Shown here one piece after another: positions 19,174 through 30,500 of a stretch of DNA of 64,000 nucleotides (positions are counted from its first letter, which is position 1; every line of letters begins with the position of its first letter). The notes under the pieces were generated by a model, which worked only from the letters and a program-made list of their open reading frames with translations, was not told where the DNA came from and made no database searches. Source of the DNA: an uncultured Planctomycetales bacterium (lineage in GTDB: Bacteria > Planctomycetota > Phycisphaerae > SM23-33 > FEN-1343); the NCBI GenBank assembly GCA_964535025.1, contig CAZHRW010000159.1, positions 14,527 through 78,526 on the forward strand, in the 5' to 3' direction. A program made the position numbers and the translations under genes.

Positions 19174-20685
19174 ATGGCAGAAGTGAACAAATCCTTTGTT
19201 GCGGTAGACTTGGGTGCCAGCGGCGGCAAGGTGTTCGTCGGGACGCTCGGCGAAGGCTTTGAACTGCGCGAGGTCCATCGCTTCGACAACGGCGGGATCT
19301 CCACCTGGGCCGTCGGGGCCGACGGGACCACGGTCGAGAAGATCTACTGGGACGTGCTGCATATCTTCAACCAGGTGGTCGTCGGCCTCCGCAAAGCCGC
19401 GGACGCGGCCGACGGGCCCATCGCCAGCATCGGCATCGACATCTGGGCCGCCGACGCCGGGCTGCTCAATGCTCACGGGGAGCTGATCGGCCCGGTCTAC
19501 TGCTACCGCGACCACCGGCTCGACGACGTCCCCGACGAGCTGTTCAAGATCCTCTCGCCCCGCGAGCTGTTCGATATTACCGGCATCCCCAGTCAGCCGT
19601 TCTACCTGCTGAACCAGTTGTTCTGGCTCAAGCGGCATCGCCCGGACCTGCTGGCGATGACGCACCGCGTCGTGCCGATCGGCAGCCTGCTGCAGTACCA
19701 CTTGTGCGGCTCGACGGCCGCGGAGCAGACGTGGATGGCCGTGCAGCGGCTCACCGCTGCCGGCACCGCCGAGTACGACGACCGGCTGCTGGACGCCGCG
19801 GGGGTCGACCGGGCGATCCTGCCCGAGGTGGTCGCGCCCGGGACGGTCGTGGGAACGTTGCGGGACGAACTGGCCGACGAGACGCACCTGGGGCCGTGCA
19901 AGGTTGTCGCGACGAAGATGCACGACACCGCCTGCGCCTTCACCGCCGCCCCGGTGGCCGACCGTCGCACGGGGCTGATCATCTCATCGGGCACGTGGTC
20001 GCTGGTGGGGCGGATCCTCGACGAGCCGCTGGTCACCGACGCCGTCTTCGAGGGGCGCCTGGCCAACGAGGGCGTCCGCGGGGACGTGCGACTGCTCCGC
20101 AACGTCATGGGCACCTGGCCCGTCCAGCAGCTTCGCGAGGCGTGGATGCGGCAGGATGGGCGGGAGATTTCCTGGGACGAGATCGTCCAGCTCGCCGAGG
20201 CGGCGCCTCCGCTGGCGACGCTGGTGGATGTGGACGATCAGGCGATTTACAACCCCGCCGACATGGAGGCGGCCCTCCGCGAGCAGATCTCCCGCACGGG
20301 GCAGTCCCAGCCCGACGGGCGAGGCGGGCTGTTGCGGGCGGTCTACGAGGGGCTGGCATTGAAGGTTCGCGAGGTCAACGCCTTCCTGCAGCAGGCCACG
20401 GGTGACACCCACGAGGTGATCCACGTCGTCGGCGGCGGGGCGCGCAACGCCTTGCTCAACCAGTTCATCGCCGACGCGACGGGCCTGCCGGTTCAGGCCG
20501 GGCCGTACGAGGCGACCTGCATCGGCAACATCCTCGTTCAGGCGGTCGCCGCCGGCCGGTTCCCCGACACCCGGGCCGCCCGCGCCGTCGTCGATGCGGC
20601 TTTGCCGGTGGTCACCGTCGAGCCGGGCGATTTGGCCCGCTGGGACGCCGCGGCCGCCGCCCTGAGCGGCCGTCACGGCGGCTGA
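19174..20685 (+). CDS. rhaB: FGGY-family sugar kinase, rhamnulokinase-like
   Basis: 503 aa. FVAVDLGASGGKVFVG...REVHRFDNGG N-terminus as in RhaB. C-terminal HVVGGGARNALLNQFIADATGLPV FGGY motif. Confidence 0.75.
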   Translation: MAEVNKSFVAVDLGASGGKVFVGTLGEGFELREVHRFDNGGISTWAVGADGTTVEKIYWDVLHIFNQVVVGLRKAADAADGPIASIGIDIWAADAGLLNAHGELIGPVYCYRDHRLDDVPDELFKILSPRELFDITGIPSQPFYLLNQLFWLKRHRPDLLAMTHRVVPIGSLLQYHLCGSTAAEQTWMAVQRLTAAGTAEYDDRLLDAAGVDRAILPEVVAPGTVVGTLRDELADETHLGPCKVVATKMHDTACAFTAAPVADRRTGLIISSGTWSLVGRILDEPLVTDAVFEGRLANEGVRGDVRLLRNVMGTWPVQQLREAWMRQDGREISWDEIVQLAEAAPPLATLVDVDDQAIYNPADMEAALREQISRTGQSQPDGRGGLLRAVYEGLALKVREVNAFLQQATGDTHEVIHVVGGGARNALLNQFIADATGLPVQAGPYEATCIGNILVQAVAAGRFPDTRAARAVVDAALPVVTVEPGDLARWDAAAAALSGRHGG

Positions 20686-20708
20686 GGGGTTTCTTCGGCG
20701 GCACGAGC

Positions 20709-20737
20709 TTGACCGTGTCGGACCAATGCAGTACAGT
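20709..20737 (+). promoter_or_regulatory. candidate promoter for tRNA-Ser: -35 TTGACC, 17-nt spacer, -10 TACAGT
   Basis: Read from the sequence; lies ~30 nt upstream of the tRNA 5' end. Confidence 0.4.
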
Positions 20738-20769
20738 CCGCACGTTGCCGATACCATAGACGCCCCGCT

Positions 20770-20859
20770 GGAGAGGTGGCCGAGAGGCTGAAGGCACCGG
20801 TTTGCTAAACCGGCGTACGGTTTAAGGCCGTACCGCGGGTTCGAATCCCGCCCTCTCCG
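20770..20859 (+). tRNA. tRNA-Ser (anticodon GCU)
   Basis: GGAGAGGTGGCCGAGAGGCTGAAGGCACCGGTTTGCTAAACCGG + long variable arm + GCGGGTTCGAATCCCGCCCTCTCCG. 90 nt class II cloverleaf. CCA not encoded. Confidence 0.85.
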
Positions 20860-20999
20860 TGAAATGAGGAAGCTCGATTCTCCCTGGAGGGTCGGGCTTC
20901 TTCCGTATCAAGATCCCGACGGCGGGATTCGAACACGCCCCGCCGCGCCGCGGCGGCACGCAGGGCTCGATAGTCGCCGTTCACGTCTCCGCGGTTCGT

Positions 21000-21707
21000 T
21001 CAGTCGGCCCGATCTTCATTGTCCTGGAGAACTTCCAGCTCGATCAGCGCGGCCTTAGCGGCGAGTTGCTCGGCTTGCTTCTTGTTGTTGGCCCAGGCGC
21101 TGGTGAAGCGATGGCCGTTGCAGACGACGCAGATCTCGAAGGCCTTATCGTGGTCGGGGCCCTTTTCGTCGAGCAGTTCGTAGACGGGCGTGGTGTTCCA
21201 CGTCTGCTGGAGATGCTGCTGGAGGATGCTCTTGAAGTTGCGGGCGTGCTCGTTGGCGATCACCCGGTCGATCTGGTCGGCCATGTGCTCGAGGATGAAC
21301 CGCCGCGCGGGCTCCAGCCCGCCGTCGAGGTACACCGCACCGACGACGCTCTCCAGCACCGCCGCGCTGAGGCTGGACGGCAGCGAGCGGCGGGGGCCGA
21401 AGCCCTTGCCGACGTGCAGGCACGTGTCGAGGCCGATCTTCCGTGCCACCCGCCCGCAGACCTGGCGGGAGACCACCGCCGATTTGATCTTGGTCAACTC
21501 CCCCTCGAGGAACTCCGGGTGGGCGAGGTAGAGCGCCTCGCAGATCACCAGCCCCAGCACGACGTCGCCGAGGAATTCGAGGCGCTCGTTGGACTGCAGT
21601 CGCGACGGGGCGATCGACGAGTGCGTCAGCGCCATCCGCAGCAGGTCCAGGTCGGAAAACCGGTACTCAAGGATCTCCTGGCAACGGTCGAGTTGCTCCT
21701 GCATCAT
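21000..21707 (-). CDS. rnc: ribonuclease III
   Basis: ERLEFLGDVVLGLVICEALY RNase III signature plus C-terminal dsRBD. Start at the tandem ATG ATG (MMQEQLDRCQEILEYRF). Confidence 0.9.
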   Translation of the reverse strand: MMQEQLDRCQEILEYRFSDLDLLRMALTHSSIAPSRLQSNERLEFLGDVVLGLVICEALYLAHPEFLEGELTKIKSAVVSRQVCGRVARKIGLDTCLHVGKGFGPRRSLPSSLSAAVLESVVGAVYLDGGLEPARRFILEHMADQIDRVIANEHARNFKSILQQHLQQTWNTTPVYELLDEKGPDHDKAFEICVVCNGHRFTSAWANNKKQAEQLAAKAALIELEVLQDNEDRAD

Positions 21708-22104
21708 CGCGGCCCTCGCGGCGAAGGCCCATGGCGAGAGCCGCCTGTGGCCGCCGCGGCCGCATGGCAAGTCTCGTCAGGGGTCTTTGCATGCGCCAAA
21801 GACTCAGAGGCCCTCTACGATAGCGTCGCCGCCGGCGCTTGTCAATCCGGGCTCCGGGCAGGTTACCGCGGGGCCGCTGATGGAGTGGGCGAAGGAGATG
21901 CCGTCTTTTCGGGGGGGGTGCCGCGGGTGGGGTAAGGAATGACAAGGGGTTACAATTTCGGAGTTGCAATACCGAGATAGCTTGGGTGGGCGGAGGAATT
22001 GGTGGGCGCGCCGCCACATCGGGGTGGGGCGGCCCTATGATTGGGGTGGAAGCCGTCCGCTACTCCCCCCGCACCGGCGGGCCGGGCTGAGAGGAGTGAC
22101 CAGC

Positions 22105-23961
22105 ATGAATGACACCGCCGGTCTGCGGAAGGGACTGGGGCTCGTTCACGTGTTCGCCATCGCCTCCGGGGCGATGATCAGTTCCGGTCTGTTCATCCTG
22201 CCGGGCATGGCTCACGCCCAGGCCGGGCCGGGCGTGGTGTGGTCGTACCTGATGGCCGGCATCCTCGCGACGGCCGGCGCGCTGAGCATCGCCGAGCTGT
22301 CGACCGCCATGCCCAAGGCCGGCGGCGATTACTTCTTCATCACCCGCGGCTTCGGCCCCGGCGTCGGGACGGTCGCCGGGCTGCTGAGCTGGTTTTCCCT
22401 GTCGCTGAAGAGCGCCTTCGCCATCGTCGGCATGGCCGCGTTCGCCACGTTGATCGTACGGCTTCACGGCGTCGCGGCCGGCGGGCTGCTGGTGGTGCTG
22501 TTCGTGGGGCTCAACCTCCTCGGCGTCCGCGAAGCCGCCCGCGCCCAGGTCGCCATTGTCGCGGTCATGTTCGCGCTGCTGGCGATGTACCTGGTCGTCG
22601 GCTTCCCGCGAATCCGCGTCGAGCTGCTGATCCCCTTCGCCCCGCACGGCATGGCGGCGATCTTCGCGACGACCGGGTTCGTCTTCGTCTCCTACGGCGG
22701 GCTGCTCAACGTCGCCAGCGTCGCCGAGGAGGGCCAACGTCCCGGTCGCACCATCCCGATGGGACTGCTGTTGTCGTTGATCACCGTGACGATCCTCTAC
22801 ACGCTCGTCGTCGCCGTTACCAGCGGCGTGGTCGAAGACGCGGCGCTCGACAGCTCGCAGACGCCGATCTCCGACGGCGGGCGGGTCATCCTCGGCCAGG
22901 TCGGCTTCGTCGCCATGAGCCTCGGGGCGATCCTCGCGTTCGTCTCGACCGCCAACGCCGGGATCATGTCGGCGTCGCGCTACCTGCTGGCCCTCAGCCG
23001 CGACCGCCTCCTGCCCGAGCCCCTCGCCAGGGTCAACCGTCGCTTCCGGACGCCCCACGTGGCGATCGGCGTCACCGGCGTGGTGATCTTCCTGAGCCTG
23101 CTGCTGGCCCTCGAGGTCCTCGTCGAGGCCGCCTCGACCGTGCTGATCCTGGCCAACATCCTCTCGTGCCTGTCGGTGATCGTCCTGCGAGAGAGCGGCG
23201 TGCAGAACTACCGGCCGTCCTTCAGGACCCCGCTGTACCCGTGGGTGCCGCTGGGGGGCATTCTCGGCCTGGGCTTCGTCCTGTTCTCGATGGGGGCCGC
23301 GGCGTACGGCATCAGCGCGGGGCTGATCCTGGTGGGCTTCGCGATCTACTGGTTTTACGGCCGCAAGCGGGTCTCGCAGGAGTCGGCCCTGCTGCACCTG
23401 ATCGAGCGGCTGACCGCCCGCGAGCTGGTCACCGGCACGCTGGAGAGCGAACTGAAGGAGATCGTCCACGAGCGTGACCAGATCGCCCTCGATCGCTTCG
23501 ACCGGCTCGTCGAAGACGCCCCCGTCCTCGATGTCGGCGAGCCCATGACCGCCGAGGCGTTCTTTCAGGCCGCCGCCGCCGAGTTGGCGCCACGCGTGGC
23601 CATGGACGCCGGCGCCCTGGCCGCGATGCTCCGCCGGCGGGAGGCCGAGGGCTCCACGATGCTCAGCCCGTCGATGGCGATCCCGCACGTGGTGGTCCCC
23701 GGCGAGCACCAGTTCGGCCTGCTGCTGGCGCGGGCCCGCGAGGGCGTCCGGTTCGCCGACGGCCAGCCGGGCGCCGAGGCGATCTTCGTCCTCGCCGGCA
23801 CCGCCGACGAACGCAACTTCCACCTCCGCGCCCTGGCCGCCATCGCCCAGACCGTCCAGGAGAAGGACTTCCACCGCCGCTGGATGGCCGCCACCGGCGC
23901 CCAGGGCCTCCGCGACGTCATACTCCTGTCCGAACGCGGCCGACAGGAAGGAGCGGACTGA
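22105..23961 (+). CDS. APC-family amino acid permease fused to a C-terminal PTS EIIA type-2 (EIIA-Ntr-like) domain
   Basis: Start MNDTAGLRKGLG preceded by GAGGAG. 12-TM APC core. C-terminal domain has SMAIPHVVVPG with the conserved His, followed by IFVLAGTADERNFHLRALAAIA. Confidence 0.72.
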   Translation: MNDTAGLRKGLGLVHVFAIASGAMISSGLFILPGMAHAQAGPGVVWSYLMAGILATAGALSIAELSTAMPKAGGDYFFITRGFGPGVGTVAGLLSWFSLSLKSAFAIVGMAAFATLIVRLHGVAAGGLLVVLFVGLNLLGVREAARAQVAIVAVMFALLAMYLVVGFPRIRVELLIPFAPHGMAAIFATTGFVFVSYGGLLNVASVAEEGQRPGRTIPMGLLLSLITVTILYTLVVAVTSGVVEDAALDSSQTPISDGGRVILGQVGFVAMSLGAILAFVSTANAGIMSASRYLLALSRDRLLPEPLARVNRRFRTPHVAIGVTGVVIFLSLLLALEVLVEAASTVLILANILSCLSVIVLRESGVQNYRPSFRTPLYPWVPLGGILGLGFVLFSMGAAAYGISAGLILVGFAIYWFYGRKRVSQESALLHLIERLTARELVTGTLESELKEIVHERDQIALDRFDRLVEDAPVLDVGEPMTAEAFFQAAAAELAPRVAMDAGALAAMLRRREAEGSTMLSPSMAIPHVVVPGEHQFGLLLARAREGVRFADGQPGAEAIFVLAGTADERNFHLRALAAIAQTVQEKDFHRRWMAATGAQGLRDVILLSERGRQEGAD

Positions 23962-24148
23962 CACGCAATCCTTGCGTGAGCGCCGTTGACGAATACGTGA
24001 AAACCCGCGACACGGAACACCAGTGATTCGTTCCGTCACGTCACCCGTCATGCCATGGATCGGCGGATTTTTCCCCTCTTCTTTCCCCTTGACCCCGGGC
24101 GCCAACTGTGATATGAACGCCGCCTCATTCAACGAGCGAATATTCATA

Positions 24149-24853
24149 ATGCCGAATAAGCACTCAACGAGAGACGCCGGCCGCAAGCTTGCCCGCAAGG
24201 AGCGGGAGCGCCGGCGGCATCGCCGCGAGATCCTCGACGCCGCCGAGGCGGTGTTCGTTCGCAAGGGCTATGCGGCGGCGACGGTCGACGAGATCGCCCA
24301 GGAGGCCGAGTTCGCCGTCGGCACGCTGTATAACTTCTTCCAGGGCAAGGACGACCTGTATGCCCACGTCATGCGGAAGATCGTCGAGGACTTCATGGAG
24401 GCCTTCGAGACGCAGGTGTTGAGCCTGGACGATCCGATCGAGGCGATCACCGCGCTGATCGAGCTGCGATTGACGCATTTCGACGAGCATTGGGCCTTCT
24501 TCCGCGTGTTCCTGGAAACCTCCCCGGTCGGCCTGATCGACACGGCGCGGGTGCTGCCGGCGACAATCGTCGAGCAGCGCGACCGGTACCTCCGGGCGGT
24601 CAGCCGCCTGTTCGAAGACGGCGTGGCCCGCGGCGCCTTCGACGAGATCGATCCGCTGTACCTGACGCTGTGCCTGGAGGGGATGATCAACGCCTTCTTC
24701 TCGTACTGGTTCCGCCACAAGCCCACCGAGCCGCTGGCCGTGCGGGTAGAGAAGATGACCGCCGCCTTCCTCGGACGGGGGAAGATCCGCCCGGCGGACC
24801 ACCCGCCCGCGGCCGGCAGCCTCAACCGCAAGCGTCAAGGCAATAAGGAGTAA
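24149..24853 (+). CDS. TetR/AcrR family regulator of the efflux operon
   Basis: ILDAAEAVFVRKGYAAATVDEIAQEAEFAVGTLYNFF is a TetR HTH; start MPNKHST. Confidence 0.8.
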   Translation: MPNKHSTRDAGRKLARKERERRRHRREILDAAEAVFVRKGYAAATVDEIAQEAEFAVGTLYNFFQGKDDLYAHVMRKIVEDFMEAFETQVLSLDDPIEAITALIELRLTHFDEHWAFFRVFLETSPVGLIDTARVLPATIVEQRDRYLRAVSRLFEDGVARGAFDEIDPLYLTLCLEGMINAFFSYWFRHKPTEPLAVRVEKMTAAFLGRGKIRPADHPPAAGSLNRKRQGNKE

Positions 24854-24860
24854 CCTCGCC

Positions 24861-26399
24861 ATGGGCAACGATGGTCCCGCGCTTGTGAACATCCCCCCGA
24901 CGGCCCCGCGACGGTGGCTGGGACCGGCCCTGCTCGCGGTCGCCCTGGCGGCCGGCGGCTGCATAAGCGGAGCCGCCGGTCCCGAGCAGGTCTACAACGA
25001 CCGCGTCGCGGTCTACGAGCGCTGGCAGCGCGGCCGTGAGGCCGACGCCGAGACCCTGCCGGTCCTGTCGGGGCGGCTGAGCCTCGCCGACGCCGTCAAG
25101 GTCGCCCTGGCCTACAACAAGTCCCTCCTGGCCGTCCTCCAGGACAAGCGGATCGCCCGCGGCCGCGTGGTTGCCTCCTACGCCGAGGCGCTGCCGACCG
25201 TGACAGCCCAGGCGAGCTACACGCGGCTGGACGAGGTGACGAGCTTCAACGCCGGCGGGCAGTGGATCTCGACGGGCGAGTTGGACAACTACGCGGTCGA
25301 CCTGAGCGTCCGCCAGCCTGTCTACCGCGGCGGGGCGATCCGCTCGGCGATCCGCGGCGCGGAACTGTTCGCCCATCTGACCGACGAGACGGTCCGCGCC
25401 GGCGTCCAGGCCGTGGTCTACGACGTCGCGGCCACGTACTACGCGACGCTGCTGGCGCGGCAGCTCTACGAGGTCAACCGCCAGGCGGTCGTTTCCGCCG
25501 AGGCGCACCTGGCCGACGTGCGGACAAAAGCCGAGCAGGGCGTCGCGTCGCGGTTCGACGTGCTTCGCGCCCAGGTGGATGTCTCGAACTTCCAGGCCGA
25601 GATGATCCGCCAGCAGAACCGGCTGAACCTCGCCCGTACCCGGCTGCTCAAGACGATGGGCGCCTCGCAGGATACGCAGGTCGTCCTCAGCGACGAGTTG
25701 ACCTACCATCCGATCGAGCCGTCGGAGGCCGAGGCGGTCCGGCTGGCGTATCTCCGCCGGCCGGACCTCTACCGGGCCGAGCTGGCCGTCCGCCTGCAAA
25801 GCGAGGCCGTCCGGATCGCCCGCAGCGCCTATTGGCCGAGGATCGACGCACTGTTTACCCAAGGCTGGGCCCGACCCGACCCCCACACGTCCACCGACGA
25901 CTGGGGCGACCGGTGGACGGCGGGCGTGCAGGCGGAGATCCCGATCTTCGACGGGCTGCGGCGCGAGGGCCGCCTGATCGAGGAGAAGGCGGCGCTGGCG
26001 CGCCGGCGGATCGAGCGCGACGACGCGACCGACCAGGCCCTGCTGGAGATCCGCCAGGCTCTGCTGAGCGTGGAGGACGCCGAGCAATTCGTCGCCAGCC
26101 AGCGGCTGAACCTCGAGCGGGCCCACGAGGGGCTGCGGCTGGCGGAGGTCGGCTACCGGGAGGGCGTCAACACGGAGGTGGAAGTGGTCGACGCCCGCGC
26201 CGCCCTGACGCGGGCGCGGGGCTTGTATTACCAGGCGGTCCATGATCACGCGCTGGCCCGGCTGGCCCTGCAGCGGGCGACGGGCGGCCTGGCGCCGCCG
26301 CCGGGCGAGACCGCCGTCGAAGCCGTGCCGGCGCTGAGACCGCCGCACGAAGAGGCGCTCGAGCCGACCTCGGCGCCGGCGGGAGCAAACAACGAATGA
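24861..26399 (+). CDS. outer membrane efflux protein (TolC/OprM family, lipoprotein)
   Basis: Lipobox LAAGGC. Two OEP repeats with coiled-coil/beta-barrel pattern. Confidence 0.8.
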   Translation: MGNDGPALVNIPPTAPRRWLGPALLAVALAAGGCISGAAGPEQVYNDRVAVYERWQRGREADAETLPVLSGRLSLADAVKVALAYNKSLLAVLQDKRIARGRVVASYAEALPTVTAQASYTRLDEVTSFNAGGQWISTGELDNYAVDLSVRQPVYRGGAIRSAIRGAELFAHLTDETVRAGVQAVVYDVAATYYATLLARQLYEVNRQAVVSAEAHLADVRTKAEQGVASRFDVLRAQVDVSNFQAEMIRQQNRLNLARTRLLKTMGASQDTQVVLSDELTYHPIEPSEAEAVRLAYLRRPDLYRAELAVRLQSEAVRIARSAYWPRIDALFTQGWARPDPHTSTDDWGDRWTAGVQAEIPIFDGLRREGRLIEEKAALARRRIERDDATDQALLEIRQALLSVEDAEQFVASQRLNLERAHEGLRLAEVGYREGVNTEVEVVDARAALTRARGLYYQAVHDHALARLALQRATGGLAPPPGETAVEAVPALRPPHEEALEPTSAPAGANNE

Positions 26400-27589
26400 A
26401 ACGCATCGTCAAGACACTGGCGGTCCTCATCGCCCTCGCCGTCGTCGCGGTGGCGTCGGTGATCGGCTATCAGCAGGTTCAGCGGACCCCGGCAGCGTCC
26501 AAGTCACCCGCCACAACGCGGCCGGCCGCCGATCCCATCGAGGTGACGGTGGCGCCCGTTCGCACCGGGCGGGTGAGCCGTACCATCGAGGTGACCGGCG
26601 AGGTGCGCCCCTTGAAGGCCGTCCAGGTGGCCCCGGAGGTCGGCGGGCGCCTGAAGCGTCTGCGGCTGGCCGACGGGACGCTTATCGAGGAGGCCGTGGC
26701 CGTCCGTCGCGGCGACGTGGTGGCCGTGATCGATCCGGTCCGCTACCGCGCGGCGGTCGAGGCGGCCGAGTCGGGCGTGACGGTGGCCCAGGCCGCGCTG
26801 GGGCGGGCCGAGGTGACGCTCGCCGACGCCCGGCGCGAGAAGGAGCGATGGACCCGCCTGGTCGCCGACGGGGCGGGCACGCAGCGGGACCTGGACCAGG
26901 CGCTGACCGCTTTCGAGCGGGCCGTCGCGGAGGTCGATTATGCCCGGGCCCAGGTCCAACAGGCCGAGGCCCGGCGCGTGGTCGCGCAGGTGGACCTCGA
27001 CGAAACGACCGTCGAGGCGCCCTTCGACGGCGTGGTAACCCGGACGTTCGTCGACGAGGGCGCCTACGTCGGGCCGGGCACGCCGCTGTTCGCCCTGGCC
27101 GACCTCCACGCCGTCGAAATCACCGCCGGCGTGGCCGACCGCTACTATCCCCGCCTGGTCGTCGGCCGGACCGAAGCATCGGTCGAGGTGGACGCCTGCC
27201 CGGGCGAACGCTTTTCCGGCCGCGTCTGTCGCATCCGGCCGGCGATGGACCAGGCCACGCGGACGGTGCCGGTCACGATCGAGGTGCCCAACGGTGACAG
27301 CCATCTGACCGGCGGGATGTACGCCCGCGTCCGGCTGGTGCTCGAACAGCGCGACGACGTGCCGGTCGTGCCCGACGCGGCCCTCGTCCGCACCGCCGGC
27401 GCGGTCCGCGCCTACGTGGTCGAGGACGGCCGGATCCGGGTGCGTCCGGTGACGCTGGGGCTCACCGAGGGGGCCACGTGCGAGGTGACCGACGGGCTGC
27501 GCCCGGGTGAACGGGTGGTCCTTCGCGGCCAGCGGCTGCTCAGCGAGGGTATGGCCGTCCGGCCCATCGAGAAGGAGCCGGGGCGATGA
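26396..27589 (+). CDS. RND efflux periplasmic adaptor (membrane fusion protein, HlyD/AcrA family)
   Basis: N-terminal TM, lipoyl/beta-barrel domains. ATGA overlap with the OMF stop. Confidence 0.85.
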   Translation: MKRIVKTLAVLIALAVVAVASVIGYQQVQRTPAASKSPATTRPAADPIEVTVAPVRTGRVSRTIEVTGEVRPLKAVQVAPEVGGRLKRLRLADGTLIEEAVAVRRGDVVAVIDPVRYRAAVEAAESGVTVAQAALGRAEVTLADARREKERWTRLVADGAGTQRDLDQALTAFERAVAEVDYARAQVQQAEARRVVAQVDLDETTVEAPFDGVVTRTFVDEGAYVGPGTPLFALADLHAVEITAGVADRYYPRLVVGRTEASVEVDACPGERFSGRVCRIRPAMDQATRTVPVTIEVPNGDSHLTGGMYARVRLVLEQRDDVPVVPDAALVRTAGAVRAYVVEDGRIRVRPVTLGLTEGATCEVTDGLRPGERVVLRGQRLLSEGMAVRPIEKEPGR

Positions 27590-30500
27590 ATCTTCCAGGG
27601 ACCTCCGTTCGCCGGCCGGTCATGACGCTCATGGTGTTCCTGGGCGTGATCCTCGTCGGTGCGTTCTGCCTGGTCCAGATGCCCATCGACCTGTTCCCGG
27701 AGATGGACATCCCCTCGATCACCGTGGTGACGCCCTATCCCGGGGCCGGGCCGGAGGAGATCGAGGAGAAGGTCACCCAGCCATTGGAGAAGCGTCTCGC
27801 GACCGTCGAGGACATCAAGCACATCGTCTCGACCTCGCGGGAGGGGATGTCGACGATCCGCCTGCAGTTCGACTGGGAGACCGACCTCGATACCCGCGCC
27901 AACGACGTCCGCGACGCGATCGATATGGCCCAGCAGGAGGTCCCCGACGAGGCCGAGCGATCCCGGATCTTCAAGCTCGACCTGAGCGAGTTCCCCATCC
28001 TCGTCTACGGGGTCTTCGCCGAGGCCTCCTACGAGGACCTCGAGGACATCCTCGACGAGGAGGCGGCCAACCCGCTGGAGGGGATCCCGGGCGTCGGGTC
28101 GGTCCGCGTGATCACCCCGCTGCAGCGGCAGGTCAACGTGGATCTCGACCGCGAGCGGCTCGCCGCCCACGGGCTGGTGGTGGCCGACGTCGCCGGCGCC
28201 GTGGCCCGGGCCAACCGCCAGTCGTCCGCCGGCAGCATCAAGATGGGCGACACCGACTACCTGCCCCGCGTGCCGGCCGAGTTCGAGTCAGTCGAGCCGA
28301 TGAACGACATCGTCGTCCGCGCCGATGACGCCGGGATCGTGCGCCTGGGCGACCTCGGCACCGCCCGGGACGGGTTCAAGGACGTTCAGCTCGACGTCCG
28401 CGTCAACGGCAAGCGCGGGGCGCTGCTGATGGTCCAGAAGCAGTCCAACGCCAACACCGTCGAGGTCGCCCGCGCCGTCGAAGCCAGGCTCGCGCGGATC
28501 CTCGACAGCGGACGACTGCCCGCCGACGTGCAAATCGTCAACGTGATGGACTCCTCCGAGGACATCGAGCGGATGGTCGCCGACCTGGCCCAGACGCTGA
28601 TCATCGGCGGCGTTCTGGCCGTCGCCGCGGTGTTCGTGTTCCTCCGCCAGACCACCGGCACGCTGGTGATCGCCCTGACCATCCCCTTCGCGCTGATCGC
28701 CTCGGGAACGGCGATGTACCTGATGGACTACTCGATCAACATGATGACGCTGTTCGCGCTGATCGTGGCGCTGGGAATGGTGGTCGACAATGCGATCGTC
28801 GTCCTGGAGAACATTGCCCGCCACCGCGAGAGCGGCGAGCGGCTGGCCGAGGCGGCCACCTTCGGCGCCGCCGAGGTGTCCATGGCGATTGTCGCCTCGA
28901 CGATGACGACCCTGTGCATCTTCTTCCCCCTGCTGTTCGTCAAGGGGATCGCCCGGATCATCTTCAAGCCCTTCGCCGTCGTGGCCGCCGTGGTGATGCT
29001 CGCATCGCTGCTGACGGCGCTGACCATGACGCCCATGCTCAGCTCCCGCCTGCTCAAGCGCGGCCGTGACCGCGCGCCGGGCCGTTTCTTCCGGGCCACC
29101 GAGGCCGCCTTCAACGGCATGGCCGACGGCTACGCCTGGCTGCTGGGCTGGTGCCTGCGCCACCGCGCCGTGGTGATCGTGATCGTTCTGGCCGCGTTCG
29201 GCGGCAGCCTCGCGCTGGTGCCCGCGATCGGGTTCGAGTTCATGCCCAAGGAGGACCGCGCCCTGGTTCGGGGAACGATCGAGCTGCCCGTGGGCACCCG
29301 CCTGGAGCGCACGGCCGAGGCGCTGGAGGCGGTCGCGGCCGAGATCGACGCCGCGATCCCCGACGACCAGGTCCGCGCGGTGTTCACGCGGTGCGGGGTC
29401 AGCGAATCGGGGTTCAGCAGCGACGAGGGGACCCACATCGGTTCGTTCGGCGTCAAGCTCGTCCCGCGAGGCCGGCGCGACCGGCACGTCACGGAGATCG
29501 CCGACGACCTGCGCGAGCGGATCGCCCGCATCGCCGGGCGCTGCGGGATCGTGACGTTCCGGTTGGACCTCAACGATCCGATGTCGTCCATGGCCACCGG
29601 CGGCGAACAGCCGGTGAGCGTCAACATCCTCGGCGACGACCTGGACGTCGCCGACGCCTACGCCGCCCGCCTGGCCGGGCAGGTCCGCGAGGTGCCCGGG
29701 ACCGTCGACATCAGCATCTCCCGCGAGAAGGGCGCCCCCGAGGTCTGGGTCGACGTCGACCGCCGGAAGGCCTCGGCGCTGGGGCTGAACGCCTCCGACG
29801 TAACCGAGACGGTTCGCGCCAGCGTGTACGGCACGATCGCCAGCAAGTACCGCGTGCGGGGCGACGAGTACGACATCTTCGTCCGCCTCCGCGAAGCCGA
29901 CCGCGGCCGCCTGGACGACCTGCGCCACCTGCCCCTGCGGCTGCCGACCGGCGAGCTGGTTCGCACCGAACACGTCGCCGAGATCACCCGGCAGCGGGGG
30001 CCGCTGGAGATCGAGCGGAAGGATCAGCGCCGCATCGTCCGCGTCGAAGGCGACGCGCACGGCCGCTCGGTGGGCGAGGTGATCCGCGACGTCCAAGACC
30101 TCGTCCACGCCAGCGACGTGCCGGCCGGCGTCACCGTGACGATGGGCGGGCAGAGCGAGGATATCCGCGAGTCGTTCCTGTGGCTGTCGATCGCCCTGGT
30201 GATCGGGGCGCTGCTGGTCTACATGGTGATGGCCTCGCAGTTCGAATCGCTCATCGACCCGTTCGTCGTCATCTTCTCGGTGCCGGTGGCCTTCCTCGGC
30301 GTGATCTGGTTCCTCTTCCTGCGCGGATACAGCCTGAACATCATCGTCTTCCTCGGCTTGCTGCTGCTGGTGGGCATCGTGGTCAACAATGCCATCGTTC
30401 TGGTCGACTACATCAACATCCTGCGCGCCCGCGGGCGCTCCATGACCGAGGCCGTCCAGGAAGCCGGCCGGACGCGGCTGCGGCCGGTGCTGATGACCGC

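Noticed and set aside
20915-20960. tRNA-like T-arm sequence GGCGGGATTCGAACACGCCCC about 60 nt downstream of tRNA-Ser (possible second tRNA or att-site remnant)
   Set aside because: It cannot be folded into a cloverleaf on either strand and has no acceptor-stem partner. The similarity to the tRNA-Ser 3' end is short, and there is no integrase or mobile-element cargo nearby.
22060-24264. 734-aa minus-strand ORF
   Set aside because: Shadow of the APC permease gene; Arg/Gly/Asp-rich, no motifs.
28288-30108. 606-aa minus-strand ORF, and the 5' 1.5 kb of plus ORF 29151..30986
   Set aside because: Out-of-frame or antisense overlaps of the RND permease gene. Only the 3' 291 nt (PII-like gene) is considered real.
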